IMG/VR virus record: IMGVR_UViG_3300040770_000293
Span: 20,449-84,448 of that record
Origin: a virus
Length of the DNA: 64,000 nt
Strand: one strand, 5' to 3'
The notes under the pieces were generated by a model that was given only the letters and a program-made list of their open reading frames with translations, had not been told where the DNA came from and ran no database searches. A program made the translations under genes and the position numbers. Below, in pieces: positions 18,295-27,242 of the stretch. The stretch's first letter is position 1; the number at the start of each line of letters is the position of its first letter.

Positions 18295-20248
18295 GTTTAA
18301 TTTAGATGGAGCTTTTGTAATTGATATTGAAACTAGAGGTCTTTTAGATAAGTTAAAGTCTAAGGAAGATTTACATGTAATGTCTGTTGGGTGGAAATCT
18401 GATGGTAAGTGGAATATTAAATCTACAAATAGAGAAGAAGATATTGCTAAGATATTTGAAAATCCTAACAATACTGTTGTTGGTCATTTTTTTATTGCCT
18501 ATGACTTACCTGCTCTTAAGATAATGTTTCCTAATATTAATTTTAGAGCAAAGATTATTGACTCATTAGCTTTAAGTCACTATCTATTTAATGATAGACT
18601 GAAGCATGGGCTTGAAGATTATGGTGTTGAATTTGGGTATGAGAAGGTTAAAATTAGTGAGGAAGAGTGGGAAAATCTTACCTATGATAAAGCTAAAGAA
18701 AGATGTGAAAGAGACGTTCAAATAAACTGTATACTTTGGGATAAACAGTTAACCCTACTTAGAGAGTTATATGAAACGGATGATGAAATTTATTCTCCCA
18801 TTGCAAGATGTAATTTTAAAATGGAACTTCTACACATCCAAGAAAATAATAGGATAAAGCTTGACCTAGAAATGTGTGAGAAAAATTTAGAATTCTTAGA
18901 AGATATTATAAGTAAAAAAGAGATTGAATTAAACTCTATACTTCCTAAAATAAAAAATATAGCTATAAGAAAAAAACCAAAAACTTTATTTAAAGCTAAT
19001 GGTCAACTTTCAGTAGTTGGAGAAAAGTGGGTAAATATGGTTAAATATTTAAGCTTGCCTGAAGATTATTCTGGAGATATTAATGAAGTAGTTTCAGAGT
19101 CTGAACCAAACTGCCAATCAACTAAACAAATGAAAGATTATCTTTTCTCAAAAGGTTGGAAACCTAAATTGTTTAAAGACGGAGCTAATGGTAAAGTTCC
19201 TCAGTTAAGGGATGATAGTAAAATGTTATGCTCTAGTATTAAATTACTAATTAAAACTGTACCTGAATTAGAGGCTCTTGATGGACTTTCAGTTGCTCAA
19301 CATAGGGCTGGATATTTAAAGGCATTTAGAGACACTGTAGATACTAATGGTTATGTTAAAGCAGGTTGGTCAGGTATGGCAAAAACCTTTCGTGTAAAAC
19401 ATAATAAACCCATAGTTAATTTGCCCTCTAATGGTTCTCAATATGGTGATTTAGTTAGGGCTGTATTAATCGCTCCAAAAGGTAAGGTTTTTGTCAATGC
19501 GGATTTGAGTAGTTTAGAGGATAAAACTAAGCAATGTTGTATATTTCCTTACGACCCAGACTATGTTCAAACTTTAAATACTCCAGGATACGATGCCCAC
19601 TTGCGTATTGCTAAATTAGGAGGTTTCATGTCTGACGATGAAATTGAGTTTTTTAAGTGGTATAAAACTAAAGATAAAAAACAGTCAGATTTACCTGAGT
19701 CATTTAAGTTGTACTCAGAAGAAGAATTATCGTTACAGTTCAAACGGTTGTCTAAAGTTAGGCATTCAGCCAAAACTACAAATTATTCAGCGACTTATGG
19801 CGCATCTTACAAAAAGATTGCAGAGTCAGCAGACATACCTGAAAAAGATGCAAAAGCTTTACATAGCACTTATTGGGAATTAAATTGGAGTGTTAAAAAA
19901 TTTGCAAATGATTTAAAGACAAAAGATGTTGATGGTAGAACTTGGATTTATTCTCCTTTTACAAAACTTTGGTTACTACTAACTTCAGATCATATCCGTT
20001 TTTCTGCTGTAAATCAAAACTTTGGAGCTTGTGTGTTTGATACTTTTTTATGGTTTTTAATTCAAGCAGGAGTTAAACCTATAATGAACATACATGATGA
20101 ATTATCTTTTTATATTAACGAAGGGCAAGAAGACTGGGCAAGAAGAGTTATTAAAGAGAGTATGGATAAAGTAAATGCAATCTTTAATCAACCTATAAAA
20201 TTTGAGTCTGAACCTGAGTTTGCAACATCTTATGGAAATGTCCATTAA
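18287..20248 (+). CDS. polA: Family A DNA polymerase with 3'-5' exonuclease (Tyr at the 762-equivalent position)
   Basis: Exo DIETRG; motif A NADLSSLE; motif B RHSAKTTNYSATYG; motif C NIHDEL. Confidence 0.93.
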   Translation: MSKFNLDGAFVIDIETRGLLDKLKSKEDLHVMSVGWKSDGKWNIKSTNREEDIAKIFENPNNTVVGHFFIAYDLPALKIMFPNINFRAKIIDSLALSHYLFNDRLKHGLEDYGVEFGYEKVKISEEEWENLTYDKAKERCERDVQINCILWDKQLTLLRELYETDDEIYSPIARCNFKMELLHIQENNRIKLDLEMCEKNLEFLEDIISKKEIELNSILPKIKNIAIRKKPKTLFKANGQLSVVGEKWVNMVKYLSLPEDYSGDINEVVSESEPNCQSTKQMKDYLFSKGWKPKLFKDGANGKVPQLRDDSKMLCSSIKLLIKTVPELEALDGLSVAQHRAGYLKAFRDTVDTNGYVKAGWSGMAKTFRVKHNKPIVNLPSNGSQYGDLVRAVLIAPKGKVFVNADLSSLEDKTKQCCIFPYDPDYVQTLNTPGYDAHLRIAKLGGFMSDDEIEFFKWYKTKDKKQSDLPESFKLYSEEELSLQFKRLSKVRHSAKTTNYSATYGASYKKIAESADIPEKDAKALHSTYWELNWSVKKFANDLKTKDVDGRTWIYSPFTKLWLLLTSDHIRFSAVNQNFGACVFDTFLWFLIQAGVKPIMNIHDELSFYINEGQEDWARRVIKESMDKVNAIFNQPIKFESEPEFATSYGNVH

Positions 20249-20257
20249 TTTATATCA

Positions 20258-20284
20258 AAGAGTCTAGTAATTAGGCTCTTTTTT
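20258..20284 (+). terminator. Intrinsic terminator after polA
   Basis: AAGAGTCTA/TAGGCTCTT stem with T-tract. Confidence 0.8.
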
Positions 20285-20288
20285 ATTT

Positions 20289-20338
20289 TTATTAAGTTTT
20301 TCTTGCGGGAATAAAAAATAATGTATATATTTGTAAAA
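20289..20338 (+). promoter_or_regulatory. Promoter cassette copy 3
   Basis: Near-identical to 5501-5550 and 15541-15590. Confidence 0.85.
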
Positions 20339-20352
20339 TAAAACTAGAAACT

Positions 20353-20610
20353 ATGAAAACAAGTGGATTTAAAGAGTATAGACTGAATAAAGAAGATAAG
20401 TACTATGCTACAGAGATTAAAGCTTTAGAAATATTTAATAAGGGCTATTTAGAAGATGCGGACTTAATTGTTTTTGGGCAAAAAGATGGAACTTGTATGG
20501 AAGCAAAAGATAGTTTAACTGACAGGGAAGAAAAAATAGTTTTAGGGGTCATACAATGGTTGGGGACTCCAGTAGGGCAAGGTTTTATCAGAGAATTAAA
20601 GGATGAATAA
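20353..20610 (+). CDS. Hypothetical protein
   Basis: QWLGTPVGQGFI motif; first gene after promoter. Confidence 0.7.
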   Translation: MKTSGFKEYRLNKEDKYYATEIKALEIFNKGYLEDADLIVFGQKDGTCMEAKDSLTDREEKIVLGVIQWLGTPVGQGFIRELKDE

Positions 20611-20864
20611 TGGGAGAAATAGAAAAAATTAAATAAAGATTTGAGAGAGGGTATACTGTAGCTTTATATGGTACTAGAGAATTAGTGCATGAGCAGATGG
20701 AAGAAGATATTAATTCTCTTTTAATTTTGTTTTCGGCGAAAAATAAAAATATAGAAGCTAAATTAGAAATGTTAAAGGAGGAGAGACTACTGTTACAAGA
20801 TACAAGTATAGTTGACAATTACTTTAGATATAGAATTAAAGAACTAACAAATTTATTAAAATGA
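20610..20864 (+). pseudogene. Small gene interrupted by in-frame TAA at codon 9 (20634-20636)
   Basis: TAATG overlap at 5' end, ATGA overlap at 3' end; frame open on both sides of the stop. Confidence 0.7.
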
Positions 20865-21211
20865 ATATAAAATTAAATCAAGAAGTAATAATAGTAGGTA
20901 TTGGAAACTGTGCTAGATATTCTACTCCTATACATAAAGGATTTGTAAACAAGATAGGTAGAAAATGGTTTGAAGTTGATACAGAAAATTATGTAGGAAA
21001 AAGAGAGAAGTTTTCATTAGAGGATGGAAAAAGTGATGGAGGTAATTTTATGTCAGAATGGAGAGCTTTTGAATCTGAAGATGCCTATAATGAACATTTA
21101 AACAAACCTGGACTAAATAACTTAATTGTAAATAGTTTAAAAGGTTTGTCTTTTAAAGATTTAGAAAAAGTATATGATTTAATAAAATTACTTAACTTAA
21201 ATAAATTATGA
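20861..21211 (+). CDS. Hypothetical protein
   Basis: ORF in operon. Confidence 0.65.
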   Translation: MNIKLNQEVIIVGIGNCARYSTPIHKGFVNKIGRKWFEVDTENYVGKREKFSLEDGKSDGGNFMSEWRAFESEDAYNEHLNKPGLNNLIVNSLKGLSFKDLEKVYDLIKLLNLNKL

Positions 21212-21359
21212 TTATACTAACATTATTACTTGTACTGCTTACAGAGATTTATTTTAAACCTAGATTTCAGTATTTAGATGAGCCAAAGCTGTTTCTTATT
21301 TTTTATTCAGCAAAATCTAAAGAGGGCGCAAAAACTAGAAAAAGACTAATAATTAAATT

Positions 21360-21761
21360 ATGAAATTAGAATTAAAACATTTAGCACCTTATTTGCCTTA
21401 TGGATTGAAAGGGTATTGCACAGATGATATGCAAGGCGAAGAAGTATTTTTAGGAATAGAAATAAAAAAGAGGCAAATACTTTTAATAACTGATAAACTA
21501 CCTATGGATTTAGAGTACTTTAAACCAATCCTACGCCCACTTTCAGACCTTACAAAAGAGATTGAAGTAAATGGAGAAAAGTTTGTGCCTAGAAAAATAT
21601 TAATTAGTCATTTTGATTTTTACTATTCAGATTTAAATAAATATGATTTAGATAAGTGGGAATATAGAGTAGTTGATAAACTACTAGAATGGCACTTCGA
21701 TATTTACGGATTAATAGAGAACGGATTAGCAATTAATATAAATACATTAAACTATGAGTGA
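21360..21761 (+). CDS. Hypothetical protein (flavobacterial phage family)
   Basis: MKLELKHLAPYLPYGLK...KPILRPLSDLTKEI...HFDIYGLIE. Confidence 0.7.
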   Translation: MKLELKHLAPYLPYGLKGYCTDDMQGEEVFLGIEIKKRQILLITDKLPMDLEYFKPILRPLSDLTKEIEVNGEKFVPRKILISHFDFYYSDLNKYDLDKWEYRVVDKLLEWHFDIYGLIENGLAININTLNYE

Positions 21762-21914
21762 TATAACAAAGTGTAATCCGAAAAATTGCCCACTAAAAGA
21801 AATGTGTTACAGGTTTACTGCGCCTGCAGATGATATGTGGCAAAGTTATTTTGTGGAAACACCTTATGATCAGGAGAAAAAAGAATGTAAATATTATTAT
21901 AAAAGATAAAAATT

Positions 21915-22127
21915 ATGCTATTTAAAGATATAGAAGTTTATGGAGTTTCACTAACTGTTTGTTATGTTGAACATGGAAAATATATGCCCGCCACTGAATT
22001 AGACCCAGAGGAATTTGCTGAAATTGAGATTATTTCAATTTGTGCTCAAGATAGTAATATTGATTTGCAAAATGTTATAGATGAAACTTTTGTTGATTAT
22101 ATAGTAGAGGAATTACATGAGCGTTAG
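21915..22127 (+). CDS. Hypothetical protein
   Basis: ORF in operon. Confidence 0.6.
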   Translation: MLFKDIEVYGVSLTVCYVEHGKYMPATELDPEEFAEIEIISICAQDSNIDLQNVIDETFVDYIVEELHER

Positions 22128-23028
22128 TTTTATTGACTCAGTGTCTTTTCAGTTTTTTCCTGCCCGAATTTGGGATGCTACTCCTCTTGGAGAATTAACT
22201 TTAAGGCAATTTTTAGACGTTCATAGAGAGCCAAAAGAATCTACGGTAAAAGTTATTGAAGAGATTAAAGAAGCAGCTAAAAACAATGATTTAAAGCTTA
22301 AGGATTCTCTAAAGCAAAATAATCTATATTCTTTTGTTCCGTCTGTTAAATTAGATGGTTTAGGTAGAGCGTATTCAAATGTTGTTGATTTTAATCCCGT
22401 AATGATTTGTGAGTTTGATAAAATTGACCACGCAAAAGAATTGAAAGAAAGGCTCTTTAATAATTTAAAATGTGTTATAGCTGCTTGGATTTCACCTTCA
22501 GGTAGAGGATTAAAACTTTTAATTCGTATAGAAAAACCTACTTCAATTGATAATTATAAAGAATATTATTGTGGTTTGGCTTACTATCTATCTCAATATG
22601 AGGGTTTTGACCCAGCTAATTTCAACTGTTGTTTACCTTTATTCTTGTCTTACGATAAAGAGATATTGATTAGAGAGGATGCAGAAGTTTGGACTCGACG
22701 AGGAGGTAAAATAAATGCTTTTCAAAATTATCATGGAGAATTTGAAATTCCCAACACTATTGATGATGAAGTAAAACAAAGAATAATAAATAAAATAACA
22801 TACTTAGTTGACAGAATTGATGACGGGGCACATCCAAAAATAAGAAGTATAGCAACTATTTTTGGAGGTTTTTGTTCCTATTACGGATTTTCCTTAGAAG
22901 ATGCAGATAATTTAATTTGTGAGTTAATATCAAATAATAAGTATATGCAAAAAGACATAAGGGGTTATTCAAAAACAGGTACAAGCTTTATAAGAAAAGG
23001 CATGTTGTCTCCTTTAGAATTGGATTAA
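22117..23028 (+). CDS. VirE N-terminal/BT4734-like (primase-associated) protein
   Basis: LYSFVPSV, CEFDKID, WISPSGRGLKLLI, LFLSYD. Confidence 0.65.
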   Translation: MSVSFIDSVSFQFFPARIWDATPLGELTLRQFLDVHREPKESTVKVIEEIKEAAKNNDLKLKDSLKQNNLYSFVPSVKLDGLGRAYSNVVDFNPVMICEFDKIDHAKELKERLFNNLKCVIAAWISPSGRGLKLLIRIEKPTSIDNYKEYYCGLAYYLSQYEGFDPANFNCCLPLFLSYDKEILIREDAEVWTRRGGKINAFQNYHGEFEIPNTIDDEVKQRIINKITYLVDRIDDGAHPKIRSIATIFGGFCSYYGFSLEDADNLICELISNNKYMQKDIRGYSKTGTSFIRKGMLSPLELD

Positions 23029-23050
23029 ATTTTGGCACGGTATTTGGTAT

Positions 23051-23086
23051 ATTGTAATTACAAACATATTAAAAATTAATTACAAT
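23051..23086. promoter_or_regulatory. Inverted-repeat operator candidate
   Basis: ATTGTAATTA-N16-TAATTACAAT overlapping the RHH start codon. Confidence 0.5.
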
Positions 23087-23222
23087 GAAAAAAGAATTAT
23101 TACAAATTAGAATTGATGAAGAATTATTAAATCAGTTAAAAGAATTAGCAGATTCAAATGCTATTTCTATTTCAGGTCAAGTTAGAATGCTAATTAAAAA
23201 AGCTGTTAGAGATGGGAAGTAG
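23085..23222 (+). CDS. Ribbon-helix-helix (CopG/Arc-like) protein, 45 aa; not in ORF track
   Basis: MKKELLQIRIDEELLNQLKELADSNAISISGQVRMLIKKAV. Confidence 0.75.
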   Translation: MKKELLQIRIDEELLNQLKELADSNAISISGQVRMLIKKAVRDGK

Positions 23223-24216
23223 TCGGATTATTAATACAAAGATAGCTATAGAGGAATCCAAGGCTATACACGGAAATAAATATGATTATAGCTTACTTGA
23301 ATATATTAATTATACTATCCCTTTAAAAATAATCTGCAAAGAGCATGGAGTATTTAAACAAAAATATCAAAAGCATTGTAAATTAGGAAGAGGTTGCTGG
23401 GAATGTGGAAAAAAATCTTGTATAGAGAATAGGTTAACTCTTACACAAGAGCTTTTAGTAGAAAGAGCTCATAAAATACATGATAATTTTTATAACTATG
23501 ATAAAACCATATATAAAAATTACTCCGATAAAATCACAATTATATGTCCTATACATGGAGAATTTTTACAATTGGTTAATACACACCTACAAGGAGGTGG
23601 GTGTGTTAATTGTGGCAAAATAAAGGCAGGAAAAAGTAGAAGAGTTGGTAAAGTACATATTTTAAATCTATTTACTAAAAAACATGGGGATTTTTACACT
23701 TATGAAATAGAGGAAGACTCTAAAACAGATGATATTATTAGTATTATATGCCCAATACACGGAAAATTTAGTCAAATAGTTAATGTCCATTATTATTGTG
23801 GTTGCCCTAAATGTGGTAACGAAGTAATATCTAAAAAGTTAAGAAAAATACCAAAAGAATTAGATAATCTATGTAATAATGTTAGAAGAAGAGTTAAAGG
23901 TTTTATAAAAGCAAAGGGATATAAAAAATCGTCTAAGACTTCAGAGATTTTAGGGACATCTTGGGAAAATTTAAAATTACACTTAGAAGATAATAATTAT
24001 GGATTTTTAATAAATTCTAAGGGTATAGATGTAGACCATATAATTCCCCTATGCTCAGCAAAAACTGAAAACGATATTTATAAGTTAAATCATTATACAA
24101 ATTTACAACTCCTCCCAAGTGAGTACAATCAGTTTATAAAATCAAATAATGATTTTAATAGATTGCATTTTGAGACTTGGTTAAAAAATAACCCAATACC
24201 TATTGATAATGTATAG
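23212..24216 (+). CDS. Zinc-ribbon-repeat HNH homing endonuclease-like protein
   Basis: Three C-x2-HG-x-F...GC-x2-CG repeats; C-terminal DVDHIIPL...HYTNLQLL...N. Confidence 0.75.
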   Translation: MGSSRIINTKIAIEESKAIHGNKYDYSLLEYINYTIPLKIICKEHGVFKQKYQKHCKLGRGCWECGKKSCIENRLTLTQELLVERAHKIHDNFYNYDKTIYKNYSDKITIICPIHGEFLQLVNTHLQGGGCVNCGKIKAGKSRRVGKVHILNLFTKKHGDFYTYEIEEDSKTDDIISIICPIHGKFSQIVNVHYYCGCPKCGNEVISKKLRKIPKELDNLCNNVRRRVKGFIKAKGYKKSSKTSEILGTSWENLKLHLEDNNYGFLINSKGIDVDHIIPLCSAKTENDIYKLNHYTNLQLLPSEYNQFIKSNNDFNRLHFETWLKNNPIPIDNV

Positions 24217-24289
24217 TAAGGATTTTAAACAGAAGTATTTTTTACTTTGCCGAGAAAAAAAGTTAGAAATAAAAAAATATTCAGATTTA

Positions 24290-24321
24290 CTTGCACAAGA
24301 AGTTAGAAAGCGTTATATTTG
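24290..24321 (+). promoter_or_regulatory. Bacteroidota sigma-A-type promoter
   Basis: CTTG-N20-TATATTTG. Confidence 0.75.
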
Positions 24322-24453
24322 TAAAGTTATTAATATAAAAGAGATTTAATTATGCCATACGTAGGAGAAGAGGGTAATAAAGGATTGCCAATATGGATTA
24401 TTATATTCTTTATTTGTTTAGTAATTTTTGGCGCAACAACATTAGTATAATTT

Positions 24454-24675
24454 ATGAAAACAGGTACTTTTTATTGGGAGACAAAAGAATATCATCATGA
24501 TAATACTTTCACTTTAAATGATTGGTTAGAAAATCAAATGGAAGAATTAGTAGAAATCACTTTACAAGACGGAGGTTATTGTGAAGTTACAAATGCCTTT
24601 GAAGAAAATTATTCTTTGATGGCTAGTGGTAATGGAAACAGTTTTAATCATCAAATTAAAATAAAAAAATTATGA
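24454..24675 (+). CDS. Hypothetical protein
   Basis: ORF in operon. Confidence 0.6.
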   Translation: MKTGTFYWETKEYHHDNTFTLNDWLENQMEELVEITLQDGGYCEVTNAFEENYSLMASGNGNSFNHQIKIKKL

Positions 24676-24905
24676 AATTAGAAGACAAATTAAGACATTG
24701 TTTATTAGGACATTTATCAGATGATAATACAGAAACAGATGTTACTATTGCTTCTCTTATAGTTAGGGAATTTGCAGTTTCTTTTTCAGTTTTTGTTGCG
24801 GAAAATACTTTAACATATTCGGATGGAAAATACAGGACGCGAGACTTAATACCTACATGTAAAACAACGGAAGAACTGCTCGAAATATATGAAGATGGGA
24901 TATAG
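24672..24905 (+). CDS. Hypothetical protein
   Basis: ATGA overlap. Confidence 0.6.
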   Translation: MKLEDKLRHCLLGHLSDDNTETDVTIASLIVREFAVSFSVFVAENTLTYSDGKYRTRDLIPTCKTTEELLEIYEDGI

Positions 24906-25077
24906 TTTATTTCAATTGGAAAGAAAGTATTTTAATCCATTAACTTATGTTGGAGAGGTTGGAAGTCAACTTGTAGAGAACTGTTGTATTCACTTAGGGA
25001 CATTTGATACTTTAGAACAAGCTAAGTTAGAGCAAAGAGAACGTGATTTTAAAACAATAGTATTAGAAAGTTATTAA
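24895..25077 (+). CDS. Hypothetical protein
   Basis: ORF in operon. Confidence 0.55.
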   Translation: MGYSLFQLERKYFNPLTYVGEVGSQLVENCCIHLGTFDTLEQAKLEQRERDFKTIVLESY

Positions 25078-25079
25078 TT

Positions 25080-25265
25080 ATGACAGATGTAAAATTAACA
25101 GGAAATTGGTATATTAAAAAGAGGCTCTTCGGTTTTAATATTATGGTTGAAATTGAGTATGAATTTATGGATGATTGTCCTTATACTTTTACTTGGCATA
25201 ATGTAAAGAAGTATAGAGTGGCAAAACCAAGTGATTTAATAGAATTAAAAATAAATATAATGTAA
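25080..25265 (+). CDS. Hypothetical protein
   Basis: TAATTATG junction. Confidence 0.55.
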   Translation: MTDVKLTGNWYIKKRLFGFNIMVEIEYEFMDDCPYTFTWHNVKKYRVAKPSDLIELKINIM

Positions 25266-25441
25266 ATTATGGAAATTAAAATAAGATATTATTTAGATAA
25301 CAATACTTGGTCTGATGAAGAATTTGAATACGCAGGAGATATTGAAAATGTTTTTACAATTACACAAGATATGATTATTGATTTAATTAGAGAAAGAGTG
25401 AGGCTAAACTCTGGAGATTTTATATCAGAAATAGAAGGATT

Positions 25442-25870
25442 ATGAAAGATATTAGATGGGTTGGTAAGCAAGTTTTTGATAATGTAGAAGAACTTGAAGA
25501 TGGTCATGTGGAAATAGTTGTTGATGTAAGTGATTTTCTAGATGAAGTAGATACAGATGTTCTTGAAAAATATGCGAAGTATCATTTAGATTTAATTCAT
25601 CTTGACAACTGTGATACTGTTGAAGATGCTTCTGTAGATGATCTAGTTTGGGAATTAAGTCGTAGAAACTCTTTTAGTTTTTTAGGCGAAATTGAAGATG
25701 AGGAAATGATTGAACATCTACAAGACTGTGGATATAAAGTTGTAGACAATGAAGATACTTTAAATGATAGTCTCGACTTTGTTCATCAAGGCATGTTAGA
25801 TGAAATAACTAAAAAATTTTTAGAAAGTTCTTGGGAAGAAAGGGATTTAATATATAAAAAGATTATATAA
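25442..25870 (+). CDS. Hypothetical acidic protein
   Basis: ORF in operon. Confidence 0.65.
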   Translation: MKDIRWVGKQVFDNVEELEDGHVEIVVDVSDFLDEVDTDVLEKYAKYHLDLIHLDNCDTVEDASVDDLVWELSRRNSFSFLGEIEDEEMIEHLQDCGYKVVDNEDTLNDSLDFVHQGMLDEITKKFLESSWEERDLIYKKII

Positions 25871-26490
25871 TGATTAAGTACAAATATTCAAAATTATATT
25901 GGTTTTTAAGATACTTTGAGTGGATGTCTGTATACTTCTCACCTTTTAGACCGCCAATTCCAATAGTGTATATTGGTAAAGTTGCCATAGGAACACCTTA
26001 TTTCTTTCCTCGTGTATGGAAAAAAGCTACTCCTAAAAAAGCTATAGAAGCTACTTTAAAAGAAATTAAAGAAGTTAGAGAGTATAATGAAAGAGAGCAA
26101 ACTTATAAACGTACAATTAGGACTTTTGATGAATTGTATGAACAGAAATTAAAGGGTTCTTTTGCGCAACCTAAAAAAATAGGTTTTGACTTTGTTCAAC
26201 TTGGATGGAAAACGAAATGGGAAAGAGATAACTATAGATTTGAATGGAGTCCTATGTGGAGTTTTGTTTTCTTTGGTTATCAAATTGCCATAACTTTTGT
26301 AGCTGTTGATATGTATCGCTTTTGGGAATGTTGGCTTACTTACTCTCGTGAGACAAATAAAAAGTTAAGTGTTAGAGCCCGTTTAGATGATTGTATTAAA
26401 CGTTATCCTTGTAAGTGGACATCTTACTCAGGAGATAAAAAAGAAACAGTAGATTATTGGACTAAAATACTTAAAAACAAGTGGTTATGA
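25870..26490 (+). CDS. Hypothetical protein
   Basis: TAATG overlap. Confidence 0.7.
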   Translation: MIKYKYSKLYWFLRYFEWMSVYFSPFRPPIPIVYIGKVAIGTPYFFPRVWKKATPKKAIEATLKEIKEVREYNEREQTYKRTIRTFDELYEQKLKGSFAQPKKIGFDFVQLGWKTKWERDNYRFEWSPMWSFVFFGYQIAITFVAVDMYRFWECWLTYSRETNKKLSVRARLDDCIKRYPCKWTSYSGDKKETVDYWTKILKNKWL

Positions 26491-27239
26491 AAAATCTAGA
26501 AAGAATAGGTGAAGAATATCTAACTCTTGAAGGAGATAAAGTTAAGGTTGTAGACTATAAAGGTATTCATGGTACAGATGTAAAACTTGATAGTGGTCAT
26601 ATTTTTACTGTTCAATATGGTCATTTAGTAAGAGGGAAAGTTAAAAACCCTTACCACCCCTTAATTTTTAGTGTGGGATTTATAGGTGTTGGTAAATATA
26701 AAACAAAAGACGGTGGTAAACATTTTAAATCTTATACAACTTGGAGAAATATGTTAGAAAGAGGTTGTAGTGAAATATATAAAAAAGAATTTACCTCTTA
26801 TAAGGAAGCAAGTGTTTGTGAAGAATGGTATAATTTTCAGAACTTTGCTAAATGGTTTGAAGAAAACTACAACCCTGAAACAATGCAAGGTTGGCACCTT
26901 GATAAAGACATTCTAGTTAAAGGAAATAAAATTTACAGTCCTGAAACTTGTTGTTTTGTACCAAGAGAAGTTAATTCCTTTTTTGTAAAAGGTAAGAGCA
27001 GAAGAGGAAATTACCTAATAGGTGTATATTTACATAAGGATGGTAAATTTATGGTAAGTTGTAATGTAAATAAAAAAATTAAAAATTTAGGCTATTTTAC
27101 ATTAGAATTAAAGGCTTTTCAAGTTTACAAAACTTTTAAAGAAAATTTAGCAAAAGAATTAGCTAACAAATGGAATGGGCAAATAACTGAGCAAGTTTAT
27201 CAAGCATTAATAAATTACGAAGTAGAAATAACAGATTAA
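26487..27239 (+). CDS. HNH-family homing endonuclease
   Basis: VCEEWYNFQNFAKWF...WHLDKDILVKGNKIYSPETCCFVPREVN. Confidence 0.85.
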   Translation: MKNLERIGEEYLTLEGDKVKVVDYKGIHGTDVKLDSGHIFTVQYGHLVRGKVKNPYHPLIFSVGFIGVGKYKTKDGGKHFKSYTTWRNMLERGCSEIYKKEFTSYKEASVCEEWYNFQNFAKWFEENYNPETMQGWHLDKDILVKGNKIYSPETCCFVPREVNSFFVKGKSRRGNYLIGVYLHKDGKFMVSCNVNKKIKNLGYFTLELKAFQVYKTFKENLAKELANKWNGQITEQVYQALINYEVEITD

Positions 27240-27242
27240 ATT

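Noticed and set aside
23033-23047. Sigma-54 promoter TGGCACG-N4-TTGG
   Set aside because: The -12 GC is GG; single site with no supporting activator evidence.
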